Shown: piece by piece, positions 36,351 through 44,280 of the stretch
How positions within the stretch are numbered: position 1 is the first letter of the stretch
Layout: each line of letters opens with the position of its first letter
DNA from: Thermoplasmata archaeon
Lineage (GTDB): Archaea > Thermoplasmatota > Thermoplasmata > Lutacidiplasmatales > SKW197
Reading direction: 5' to 3'
Length of the DNA stretch: 64,000 nucleotides
Assembly: GCA_026414225.1 (NCBI GenBank)
Contig: JAOAJK010000008.1
Span: 1,797 to 65,796 of the forward strand
The notes under the pieces: model-generated
Told to the model about the DNA's origin: nothing
The model's input: the letters and a program-made list of their open reading frames with translations, nothing else
Databases searched by the model: none
Made by a program: the position numbers and the translations under genes

Positions 36351-37214
36351 TCAGTATCCCCTGGATTCAAGCACAATCTTTCCCTGCTGGGTCTCCAGAT
36401 CTGCGGCCACAAGCCTGCACTTGGTGATGAGGAGATAGAAGACCTTGAGCTTTTCCTGACCAAGGGTTTCGTAGTTACCCTGCCCCTTTGCTATAACTAG
36501 ATCAAAATTTTTTAACTTTGAGAGAAATGCTGGAGAACGAAGTTCAAGTTTCCAGTTTTTTATCGGCACCACATCAATGGTTGCATAATCATCAACGCCA
36601 GCAATCCTAGCATCTGACAGCATCGCATCATTAATCCAAGGCCTCTCTTTCACAAAATATGTGATTTCGTGCAAATCTGAAAGCCAGGCAATAATGAATC
36701 TATCAAAAAAAATCTCGCCAGCATTATCACCGAGGAAGCCAATTTTCAGTTTTCCCATTGAAATAATTTTCTCCAGTTTTCTGAGGTTCTGCCAGTATCT
36801 TGCGGATAACACTTTCCTGTCATTGAGGAGTTCATTTATTCTATCCAGATTTTTATTCACGGGGGGACCGTAATCGAGCCAGTTGCCCACAGCACTCAGG
36901 CGGAGGAGGGAATCAAGCGGGTTTGAAGCCTGCACAATCCCGGAGAACCCAATCTTTTTTACGATTTCCTCGGCCTTCCTGTTCATCTCTACCTTCGCTC
37001 CTGCATAAGGGTCTTCGATATCCAGTACTCTGGCAACTATTGAATGAGGAATGCCCGTATTCTCAAAAGGGGATTTTGTGAAGTCCATTTTCTCCATTGC
37101 CCGTGTAGCCCGGAATACCACCTCTCTCTTTGTGTCCTCATCCGCATCATTCAAATCCAGAGCCTCTAGCACCTGTCGGAGATAGCAGACAATGCAATCA
37201 GGATAGGTCTTCAC
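36351..37214 (-). CDS. DUF89 / ARMT1-like damage-control phosphatase family protein
   Basis: N-terminal CxxC (YPDCIVCYLRQ), GDNAGEIFFD, and KGQGNYETL motifs characteristic of DUF89. Confidence 0.75.
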   Translation of the reverse strand: MKTYPDCIVCYLRQVLEALDLNDADEDTKREVVFRATRAMEKMDFTKSPFENTGIPHSIVARVLDIEDPYAGAKVEMNRKAEEIVKKIGFSGIVQASNPLDSLLRLSAVGNWLDYGPPVNKNLDRINELLNDRKVLSARYWQNLRKLEKIISMGKLKIGFLGDNAGEIFFDRFIIAWLSDLHEITYFVKERPWINDAMLSDARIAGVDDYATIDVVPIKNWKLELRSPAFLSKLKNFDLVIAKGQGNYETLGQEKLKVFYLLITKCRLVAADLETQQGKIVLESRGY

Positions 37215-37238
37215 ATCCCGCCATAGACGTCGGTTTAA

Positions 37239-37697
37239 TTAAGTTTTGGAGAGAGTAAAGATGTACCGTACTGGCACCCGTTTTTTCCTGTGGGTCCAGT
37301 ATCCGCATGTAGGGCACTTGTAGCCAATGACTACCTCCGTTCCATTCAATGTCTGGTTCACTATTTTTGTGAGACGGGCATCGCAGACCGGGCAGAGAAA
37401 ATACGGTCTCTTCCCCTCCGATTCTCTCGCCACAATCTGAACCTTTGCAATTCCTGCCTTTATCAACACCTTTCTTAACCTTTTCCCGGATAACCTGTAA
37501 AGGTTGTTATCCCTCTGAAGTTTGCCGAGAATAAGCTTTCTCAGCTTTTCCTGGGAATCCACAGTTCTCCCAGAAAGGTAGAGGTTCACAGCAGCTTCCA
37601 CGATTGTATCGCGGGAAGGCAGGGCATACTTCTTTTCACGGCGTGCCTTCTTTTCCCCCTGTTTTTCGTTTTCCTCCGTGCTCTCTGCTTCGGTCAT
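37239..37697 (-). CDS. hypothetical zinc-ribbon protein with basic/acidic N-terminus
   Basis: CPVCDARL...CPTCGYW four-Cys ribbon; 152 aa. Confidence 0.5.
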   Translation of the reverse strand: MTEAESTEENEKQGEKKARREKKYALPSRDTIVEAAVNLYLSGRTVDSQEKLRKLILGKLQRDNNLYRLSGKRLRKVLIKAGIAKVQIVARESEGKRPYFLCPVCDARLTKIVNQTLNGTEVVIGYKCPTCGYWTHRKKRVPVRYIFTLSKT

Positions 37698-37761
37698 CCC
37701 TACAGGTTAAGCATTCAGAATATTTAAATATCTCCTGTTTAATGGCAATTTTGAGGAAAAC

Positions 37762-38379
37762 TTGATAGCCAAAGAGGAGAATTCCGAGGCAGATGAGCCT
37801 CCAGATAAACTCCGTTTCCCTGACATGCGATTTCTGAAATCAGGTTACTTCTCGATGGTTGTGGAGGAGGTAGTGGGAAAAGGCACTGGCCCAGCCAGAA
37901 GAAAAACCAGAGATTTCTTAACAACCAACGCCCTTGATTTCTTCTGCGTGCCTGTGCTCCTCGAGCGAGCGAAGAAACACGGCATCCCTGTCACAGAGTT
38001 TCACATCACAACCCAGTGTGATTTCAAGCTTCCAGCCATCATCTACCCGATAAACCCTTTCATGTACACCCCGAGAATTGTAAGGGATAGAAAGCGGGTG
38101 AAACAGGCAATGGTTTCCCTTACAAGGAATCATACCTACCCTGTGTGCGTAGAACCATTTCATGGAAAGTTGAGAAAGGAGATTGTGATTTACGGAAGAA
38201 CCAGGAATGAAAAATTTGAGGAAATCGGAGACAAACTCTGGAAAACTTTTAGAATTCCCCTGTTTGTGGCTTACTTCTTTGAAACAAGAAAATGCATCTG
38301 GCTGAGCGGTGCAGTTCCGTTTTCAGATACCTCGAACAGGTTGATTGAAAATTTGAGGAGGAAAAAATGGCGAGAATAG
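37762..38379 (+). CDS. hypothetical protein, possibly the stand-alone N-terminal partner domain of RimK-like ATP-grasp enzymes
   Basis: 205 aa. It overlaps the ATP-grasp gene by 13 nt. Assignment to the RimK-like ATP-grasp N-terminal (RLAN) family is inferred from context only. TTG start in the track. Confidence 0.45.
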   Translation: MIAKEENSEADEPPDKLRFPDMRFLKSGYFSMVVEEVVGKGTGPARRKTRDFLTTNALDFFCVPVLLERAKKHGIPVTEFHITTQCDFKLPAIIYPINPFMYTPRIVRDRKRVKQAMVSLTRNHTYPVCVEPFHGKLRKEIVIYGRTRNEKFEEIGDKLWKTFRIPLFVAYFFETRKCIWLSGAVPFSDTSNRLIENLRRKKWRE

Positions 38380-39242
38380 GGTGTTTCATAGAGCAGGACA
38401 ATCTTACCCATGGGCCACAGCTCTCTGCGCTGGTAAAATTTCATCATGCTGCAATGGAACAGGGACACACCTTCGAGTTCCTCTTCAAGGATGATATTGA
38501 TTTCGTGCCCGAATACGATGCAATCTTCATAAGGGCTACAACGGATCCAAGGAACTCCACCTATGTGGTTTCCCGTCTTGCCGAACTTCATGGATTGAAG
38601 GTTATAGATGATTCGCGGAGCATCTCGGTGTGCTGCAATAAAGTGCACCTTTACATGCTAATGCAGAAGCACAGAATCCCATTTCCAGAAACCTGTTTTC
38701 TTTCAAAGAATGAAATAACAGAAACCACCGCTAAGGAACTGTTTAAGCGCGTTGGGAAGCCCATCGTACTCAAAGCCCCCACAACAAACTTCTCAAAACA
38801 TGTGGAGAAGGTAAATGATGTGAGCAAATTCCTGAAGGTTGCTGGGATCTATTTCAGGAGGAGTGATATCATAGTTGCCCAGGAGTATGTAGAGTCCCCC
38901 TACGACTGGAGGGTTGGGGTCCTTAACGGGCATGTGATTTTCGGTGCAAAGTATCACATGGTAAATGGATACTGGAAGATAAGAAGAACATCCCGTGGAA
39001 AAGTCCTCTGGGGAAACATAGACGCAGTGAATGTACACCAGATTCCGGATAAAGTCAAAAGGGTGGCACTCCGGGCTGCCAATATGGTGGGCAAGGGTTT
39101 GTATGGGGTGGACATAAAGGTGAAAAACGGAAACATTTTTGTGATAGAGGTGAATGATAACCCTTCAATCGACGCTGGCTATGAGGATGCTGCAAACCCC
39201 GAAATCTATTCCAAGATTATCAGTTACCTTGCGGCACGGTGA
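38367..39242 (+). CDS. RimK-family ATP-grasp ligase
   Basis: DAIFIRATT...N.VH.Y....H.IP.PET...GKPIVLKAP...VAQEYVES..DWRVGVLNGHVIFGAKY...GLYGVDIKVKNGNIFVIEVNDNPS shows the ATP-grasp fold order. Confidence 0.8.
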   Translation: MARIGCFIEQDNLTHGPQLSALVKFHHAAMEQGHTFEFLFKDDIDFVPEYDAIFIRATTDPRNSTYVVSRLAELHGLKVIDDSRSISVCCNKVHLYMLMQKHRIPFPETCFLSKNEITETTAKELFKRVGKPIVLKAPTTNFSKHVEKVNDVSKFLKVAGIYFRRSDIIVAQEYVESPYDWRVGVLNGHVIFGAKYHMVNGYWKIRRTSRGKVLWGNIDAVNVHQIPDKVKRVALRAANMVGKGLYGVDIKVKNGNIFVIEVNDNPSIDAGYEDAANPEIYSKIISYLAAR

Positions 39243-39246
39243 TGTG

Positions 39247-39693
39247 ATGGTTACCATCCGAATGGCGAAAAAGGAAGACATCAGCGGGATTCTAGCAGTT
39301 GAAAGGGAAAGTTTCGAGGAGTATCTGCGGTACTCCCCTGCAGAAATGCGGTACCTCCTTTTTGAAGCAAATTCTGAGGGATGGGTAGCTGAAATGGACG
39401 GTAAAATCGCGGGCTACTATATTCTGCTTTTCAGAAAGAATGCGAGAGTGGCAAGGTTGTATTCAATTGCTGTGGCTGAGGAGTGGCGGGGGAAGGGAAT
39501 AGGGAGAGCTTTGCTCCAGCATGCAGAGAAAAGAGCAATTGAAAGGGGCTGCAGTGCAATGCACCTGGAGGTAAAAACCACTAACTGCAGTGCGATTGAC
39601 CTTTACACAAAAAACGGGTATAGCCAGGTTGAGATTCTGCCAGATTACTACAAAAAAGGGGTCCACGGAATAAGAATGGAAAAGCGGCTATAG
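39247..39693 (+). CDS. GNAT-family N-acetyltransferase (RimI-like)
   Basis: RLYSIAVAEEWRGKGIGRALL (the acetyl-CoA motif A Q/RxxGxG/A) and ...AIDLYTKNGY. I trimmed the start to the ATG at 39247. Confidence 0.8.
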   Translation: MVTIRMAKKEDISGILAVERESFEEYLRYSPAEMRYLLFEANSEGWVAEMDGKIAGYYILLFRKNARVARLYSIAVAEEWRGKGIGRALLQHAEKRAIERGCSAMHLEVKTTNCSAIDLYTKNGYSQVEILPDYYKKGVHGIRMEKRL

Positions 39694-39729
39694 TTAGTTT
39701 TTTATGGGTGCATTCCATCCATCCTCTGC

Positions 39730-40611
39730 ATGTCCTCGCCCAACAACCCCCAGCAACCACCTACACAGCAGAACCCCCAGACGATCTACGGGTACAACTA
39801 TTATTATCCTTCCTACCCATACTACCAGTACTACCCATACTTTTACAGCTACCCTGCATATCCATCTCCGAAATACTACTACGAAATTACAAAATATGCT
39901 CCACCGTTTGCACCTCCCGGGAAGAAACAGAATCCACAGATACTCAAACTTGCCTGGGTTCTCATAGCATTGCTCGCTGCGGTTAACCTTGTTACTGGGG
40001 GATTCATGCTCTTTGCTGCCTACGACGAAAATCACGAGCACACTGCAATTTTAAAAGGCACAATTACGGATGCCAACGGCACAATGCCCCTTGCAGATGT
40101 GAAAATCACCGTTTCGGGTACTAACCTCTCAGCGCACTCTGACACTAATGGAAGCTTTGAGCTTCCCGTTACCACGGGAGTCCATTGTCTGGTATTTGAA
40201 AAACCGGATTATCAGACAATAAACGGTACCGTGGTTGTGGGAAAATATCTCGACAACCAGCTCAGCGTGGAGATGCAGAAAGGAAATGAATCTCAGAACC
40301 AGACATTGACTTCATTCCAGACAATCGATGACTATATAGCAAATCTGATGGTATCCAGCACCCTCTCCGTGTTTACGGGCGGTTTTGCATTGATAGGAGC
40401 GTTCCACATAAGGAGGGCAAAATTCAGAAGCATGGGAATTGGCTCAGGAGTTCTCGGCATTTTTTCGCTATTTATTCTTTCTGGGATTTCGCTTATTTTC
40501 ATGGTTCCCGCCATGATAAGCACCATTCTAGGTTTCGCAATCCTCGTAACAATGTACCTCTCTTCAGAGATGTTTCTCTCCCAGCCGGTAACCGCAACTG
40601 GTGCAGATTGA
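39730..40611 (+). CDS. membrane protein with extreme Tyr/Pro-rich N-terminus and carboxypeptidase-regulatory-like (Ig-like) domain
   Basis: aa 20-56: YGYNYYYPSYPYYQYYPYFYSYPAYPSPKYYYEITKY. A TM helix follows, then LKGTITDANGTMPLADVKITVSGTNLSAHSDTNGSFEL (CarboxypepD_reg-like), then 3 C-terminal TM helices. Confidence 0.65.
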   Translation: MSSPNNPQQPPTQQNPQTIYGYNYYYPSYPYYQYYPYFYSYPAYPSPKYYYEITKYAPPFAPPGKKQNPQILKLAWVLIALLAAVNLVTGGFMLFAAYDENHEHTAILKGTITDANGTMPLADVKITVSGTNLSAHSDTNGSFELPVTTGVHCLVFEKPDYQTINGTVVVGKYLDNQLSVEMQKGNESQNQTLTSFQTIDDYIANLMVSSTLSVFTGGFALIGAFHIRRAKFRSMGIGSGVLGIFSLFILSGISLIFMVPAMISTILGFAILVTMYLSSEMFLSQPVTATGAD

Positions 40612-41988
40612 ACCAGAAACTTCAAAACCACAGCTAGAACAGATACACGGTTTTGTAGCCACTTCGCTCACCGCGGGCCCTTGCATTTCTGGTTCCACAC
40701 TCCTCTCTCCATTCGCCTTTACCATATTCTCCACACCCACCTTCGGTTCCTCCACTGTTGTGGTCGCATCCCGCTCTCCTTCCATGCCCACGGCTGTCCC
40801 GGCATCGCTTGAATCCTGTTCTTCCGTTTCTGGTTCTGCCTCACTAGAAAAAATCCCGGCTCCGATTTCAGCAATATTCTCGTCTTTCTGCTCCGCGATA
40901 ATTTCCGAAGCCCTGGCACATCGTTCACACACAATTTCTTCAGGACTCTTTCTTTCATGGCACACAGGGCAGATTGTCTCTTCCTCCGAAACTGGCTCTA
41001 CCTGTCTTTCTTTCTTCTCCGTCTCCATCTTTGGCGCCGGTCTCGGGGGTGCGTAGTCCATCACTCCACCAAAACTCTCAAATCTGGGGATATAGGTTAC
41101 AGATGGCGGTTTCCCAGTTTTCTCCAGATACCCATACTTCACACAAACCTCGAGCGAACCCTCTGCCATCTTTTCAGAAAGGCCGTAGGCATTGGCAATA
41201 TCGAACACGGAAACCCCTCTGGTTTCGAACACGGTTTCCAGCACCTTTTTTGGATGCTCACCTATGTCCGCGGTGGCAAGTGTCTTGTCCAGGTAGTAAT
41301 ACTGCTTCGGATGCCTGAAGATTCTCGCGGATACAGGGAACTTGCCAGCTCTGAAATTTGCAATGAGTGCATCGTTTGTGATATCAATGTCGTAGGTGAA
41401 CCTGAAATGTTTGGTGTAGGCACAGACCCTCAGGACGAGTGGCAATACTCCGAATTTTTTTGTAAATTTCAGAAAGTCCTCGAACAGAAACAGATCAAAT
41501 GTAAATGGGTACTTCCTGTCCATATCGCCGCGGAGGGACTGGGAGCGGATGGATTCAGGGTAGAAGAAGTCAAGAAAATAAAATCTGAACATGGCTTCTT
41601 CCTCAACTGGCTCCAGGTTTTCCATATTCCATCTCTTGAATGAGTAGGGGTCAAAGGCACACGCAAGGGTCAGTTTTCCATATCCTCCTTTCTTTATGTT
41701 CATTTCCACTGTAGGCACATCGTATTCCCAGTTCTCGTTTATCTTCGGTTTCACAAAATAAATCTGAAAATTCTCAAAGTTAGAGGTTTCAAACAGGAGG
41801 TCCATAAAAGAGTCGTATTTTTTTCCATCCACGATATACCTCACCTTTGCCAGAAAGATTCTTTCCCTTCCTGCATAGGAAAATAGTTTTGACTGAAGGG
41901 TTTTCTTTGCATGCATATCTACCTCTTCCGGTGGCGAAAAGGTCTCGATGAATGCAAGCATCAGATTTTCATTTCCCATTTCTCTCAT
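40564..41988 (-). CDS. hypothetical protein with wHTH-like segment and two C-terminal zinc ribbons
   Basis: 474 aa. ...VFDIANAYGLSEKMAEGSLEVCVKYGYLEK (wHTH-like), CPVCH...CERC and CSSCG...CTSCG. Its 3' end overlaps the convergent gene by 48 nt. Confidence 0.55.
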   Translation of the reverse strand: MREMGNENLMLAFIETFSPPEEVDMHAKKTLQSKLFSYAGRERIFLAKVRYIVDGKKYDSFMDLLFETSNFENFQIYFVKPKINENWEYDVPTVEMNIKKGGYGKLTLACAFDPYSFKRWNMENLEPVEEEAMFRFYFLDFFYPESIRSQSLRGDMDRKYPFTFDLFLFEDFLKFTKKFGVLPLVLRVCAYTKHFRFTYDIDITNDALIANFRAGKFPVSARIFRHPKQYYYLDKTLATADIGEHPKKVLETVFETRGVSVFDIANAYGLSEKMAEGSLEVCVKYGYLEKTGKPPSVTYIPRFESFGGVMDYAPPRPAPKMETEKKERQVEPVSEEETICPVCHERKSPEEIVCERCARASEIIAEQKDENIAEIGAGIFSSEAEPETEEQDSSDAGTAVGMEGERDATTTVEEPKVGVENMVKANGERSVEPEMQGPAVSEVATKPCICSSCGFEVSGSICTSCGYRLGEKHL

Positions 41989-42104
41989 CCGTGCCTAATG
42001 CCTTCGTGGTTTTAATCTTTTCTGCCTCTCCGACTGGGTCTCCACATAGAAATCCATAGTAAGCTTCAAATACTTTGCTACCATCAACCCTGTTGGTGAT
42101 GTGA

Positions 42105-42572
42105 ATGGGAACACCTCCTCAATCTGGATATATGCCGCCTCCACCACCCCAGCCAATGCAGCCAATACCACCAGCAAGACCGCAGGCACAGTATCCACCA
42201 GCAGCTCAACCGCTTCCCCCTCGGGAAGAAATTCCTGCCTTCGTGAGCAACAAACTCCTCGTGCTCTTCGTGTTCATCGGAATGGTATTGCTGGCAGTAG
42301 GGGCGATGATGATACATGCCGCTCCAGAGATTACCAACAAGGACTACTCGATCTACAATGCCCAAGACCAGGCAAAGATCAGGGCTGCAGATCAGCGACT
42401 TCAGTTAACAATAACGAATGTCGGGCACATCCTGGCAGATGCGGGGGCTTTGTTGCTGATAGCCTTCCTGCTACTGGCTGCGTTGCTCCGCACGGACTGG
42501 AGCGATACGGTGAGATTCGGGCTCTTCCTCGCAGTCGGGCTCTTCCTCCTGGGCTTCGCATTTGCAATCTGA
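42105..42572 (+). CDS. small membrane protein with Pro/Gln-rich N-terminus
   Basis: MGTPPQSGYMPPPPPQPMQPIPPARPQAQYPPAAQPLPP followed by 3 hydrophobic helices. Confidence 0.55.
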   Translation: MGTPPQSGYMPPPPPQPMQPIPPARPQAQYPPAAQPLPPREEIPAFVSNKLLVLFVFIGMVLLAVGAMMIHAAPEITNKDYSIYNAQDQAKIRAADQRLQLTITNVGHILADAGALLLIAFLLLAALLRTDWSDTVRFGLFLAVGLFLLGFAFAI

Positions 42573-42579
42573 GGCGTGC

Positions 42580-42990
42580 ATGCCCCTGGATAATCAAAAA
42601 CTAATCTTCTTTTCCGCAATTTTTGTAGTTTTTGTAGCCGTGGCTGTAACCGTGGGAAAAGCCACATACACCCCATCAACTTCTGGAGTCATGAGTCCCG
42701 CCCAGCTCTGGAATGCCATAGAACAGGGAAAGATACAAAACGAGAGTTATCTGGTGGTGGAAGGAATTATAGAATCCGTGGATACTGTTTACGCTGGCAC
42801 CGTGCCTATATACAACCTCACCTATTTCAAGGGCTGCGATGCGCCGTTCCTGTGGGGAATTCATGACGAATCCCCAACCGACTATATCAATAGAAGGGTG
42901 ACAGTGGTTGTTGGTGTGATGTATCTCGGAGAGATGGCACAGGGCTATGGGAAGGACGGCTGGGTTGCGGTAATCGGGGAAATTCTTTAG
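42580..42990 (+). CDS. N-terminally anchored small protein, unknown function
   Basis: MPLDNQKLIFFSAIFVVFVAVAVTV signal anchor. I trimmed the start from the track TTG at 42562 to the ATG. Confidence 0.5.
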   Translation: MPLDNQKLIFFSAIFVVFVAVAVTVGKATYTPSTSGVMSPAQLWNAIEQGKIQNESYLVVEGIIESVDTVYAGTVPIYNLTYFKGCDAPFLWGIHDESPTDYINRRVTVVVGVMYLGEMAQGYGKDGWVAVIGEIL

Positions 42991-42994
42991 CTGG

Positions 42995-44278
42995 CTATCC
43001 GTAGTTTTCTGGCCTTGATTTCATGAATTCACGAAGAAGGGAAGTGGCATAGGTGCCCTTCGGGAGCGAGAAACGGAAGCGCACGCCTTTCTCTTCCACA
43101 ATCCACTCAAAATTTTTTGGCTGAACAAAAAATCCCCTTCGTGTGCCCTTCGAAGAGACTTCTGGAATTTCTGGAATGATAAAATCTACGGGTGCAAGGT
43201 GTTCCTCCTCTATCACCTCCCGTTCAATCTCGCCTGGCTCTCCTTCAGCAAACACGGGTTCAGCCCCGAAAACGATTCCAGAGACAACGCACTTTCCCTG
43301 CTTCCATTTCTCTGAAACCGTGGAATAATTGGACGCCCGGACAGGAATGTGTTGCTCTTCCTGAGCAATTCCATTTTTTACAGGCAGGACGATGTCCCCT
43401 ATTTCCAGGGTATTGCCTCCAAACCTCTTGATTCGCCTGCTCAAAATCCGGTTAAATAGGAAGGATTGATACGCATGAACAAACATCATCAGGAGATTTT
43501 TGGGGAGGACACGCAGGGCACCTGCATAATCTCCCGGATGCTCCGCAAGTTTCTGGGCAATTGCCCTTTCAAACAACATTGAATCGGGCATCTCCTTTGC
43601 AGCCGTGAGAAAATCAAGGGTTTCTGCAAGTTTCTCCCTCACCTGTCTGGTTTGCTCTGCCTCTTCCTCCAGTGGATTTGCAATGTAGGTGATTACTGCT
43701 TCCTCTAGCCTGCCCCTTACAATTTCTCTCCCGACAATGTGGGTTACTGGCCTGTAAACTCCGAAGCGCTGGATTCCGAAGAAATTTGGAAATCCTCTGT
43801 TTTTAAGGATTTCTTCGTAAATCTGGGAAACTCTCTTTTCGATTTCCGATGCTTCTGGTTGTCTTACGAGGATGTTAAAGGTATTTTCAATCACATCTCC
43901 AATCTCAATCTGCTTGTTTGTTCTGAACATCTCCAGAATCTCCACATCCTTCAGATTAATTTTCTTAACGAGTTCCGGTGGGGCGTCAAACCAGAAATAG
44001 CGTTCAGCAATCGCCCTTTTGTCCTTGGTGCCAGCAAAACCGATACGTTTTCTGCTGATGTGCATTGCCCTTGAAAACTCTCTCACAAGTTTATTCGTCT
44101 CCCAGTTGCAGGTGCGAATCCTCGCAATTGTGTATCTCCCATTCTCCACAACCTCTGGCAATTTCGCAGTTTCCACAACAACAAAATCTTCTGGCTTTAC
44201 CTTCAGAAGACCCCCGATTCCCGGCAGGTTCCCCGTAAGAAAACATTCTATTCCTATTTCCCTCTCATCCTTCAACAT
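42995..44278 (-). CDS. truD: tRNA pseudouridine(13) synthase TruD/Pus7 family
   Basis: GIGGLLKVKPEDFVVVE at the N-terminus; the catalytic-Asp motif IGFAGTKDKRAI; FPNFFGIQRFG. Confidence 0.88.
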   Translation of the reverse strand: MLKDEREIGIECFLTGNLPGIGGLLKVKPEDFVVVETAKLPEVVENGRYTIARIRTCNWETNKLVREFSRAMHISRKRIGFAGTKDKRAIAERYFWFDAPPELVKKINLKDVEILEMFRTNKQIEIGDVIENTFNILVRQPEASEIEKRVSQIYEEILKNRGFPNFFGIQRFGVYRPVTHIVGREIVRGRLEEAVITYIANPLEEEAEQTRQVREKLAETLDFLTAAKEMPDSMLFERAIAQKLAEHPGDYAGALRVLPKNLLMMFVHAYQSFLFNRILSRRIKRFGGNTLEIGDIVLPVKNGIAQEEQHIPVRASNYSTVSEKWKQGKCVVSGIVFGAEPVFAEGEPGEIEREVIEEEHLAPVDFIIPEIPEVSSKGTRRGFFVQPKNFEWIVEEKGVRFRFSLPKGTYATSLLREFMKSRPENYG

Positions 44279-44280
44279 CT

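Noticed and set aside
40957-41643. 228-aa plus-strand ORF
   Set aside because: It is antisense to the longer 474-aa ORF, which contains zinc-ribbon and wHTH-like motifs. It has no features of its own.
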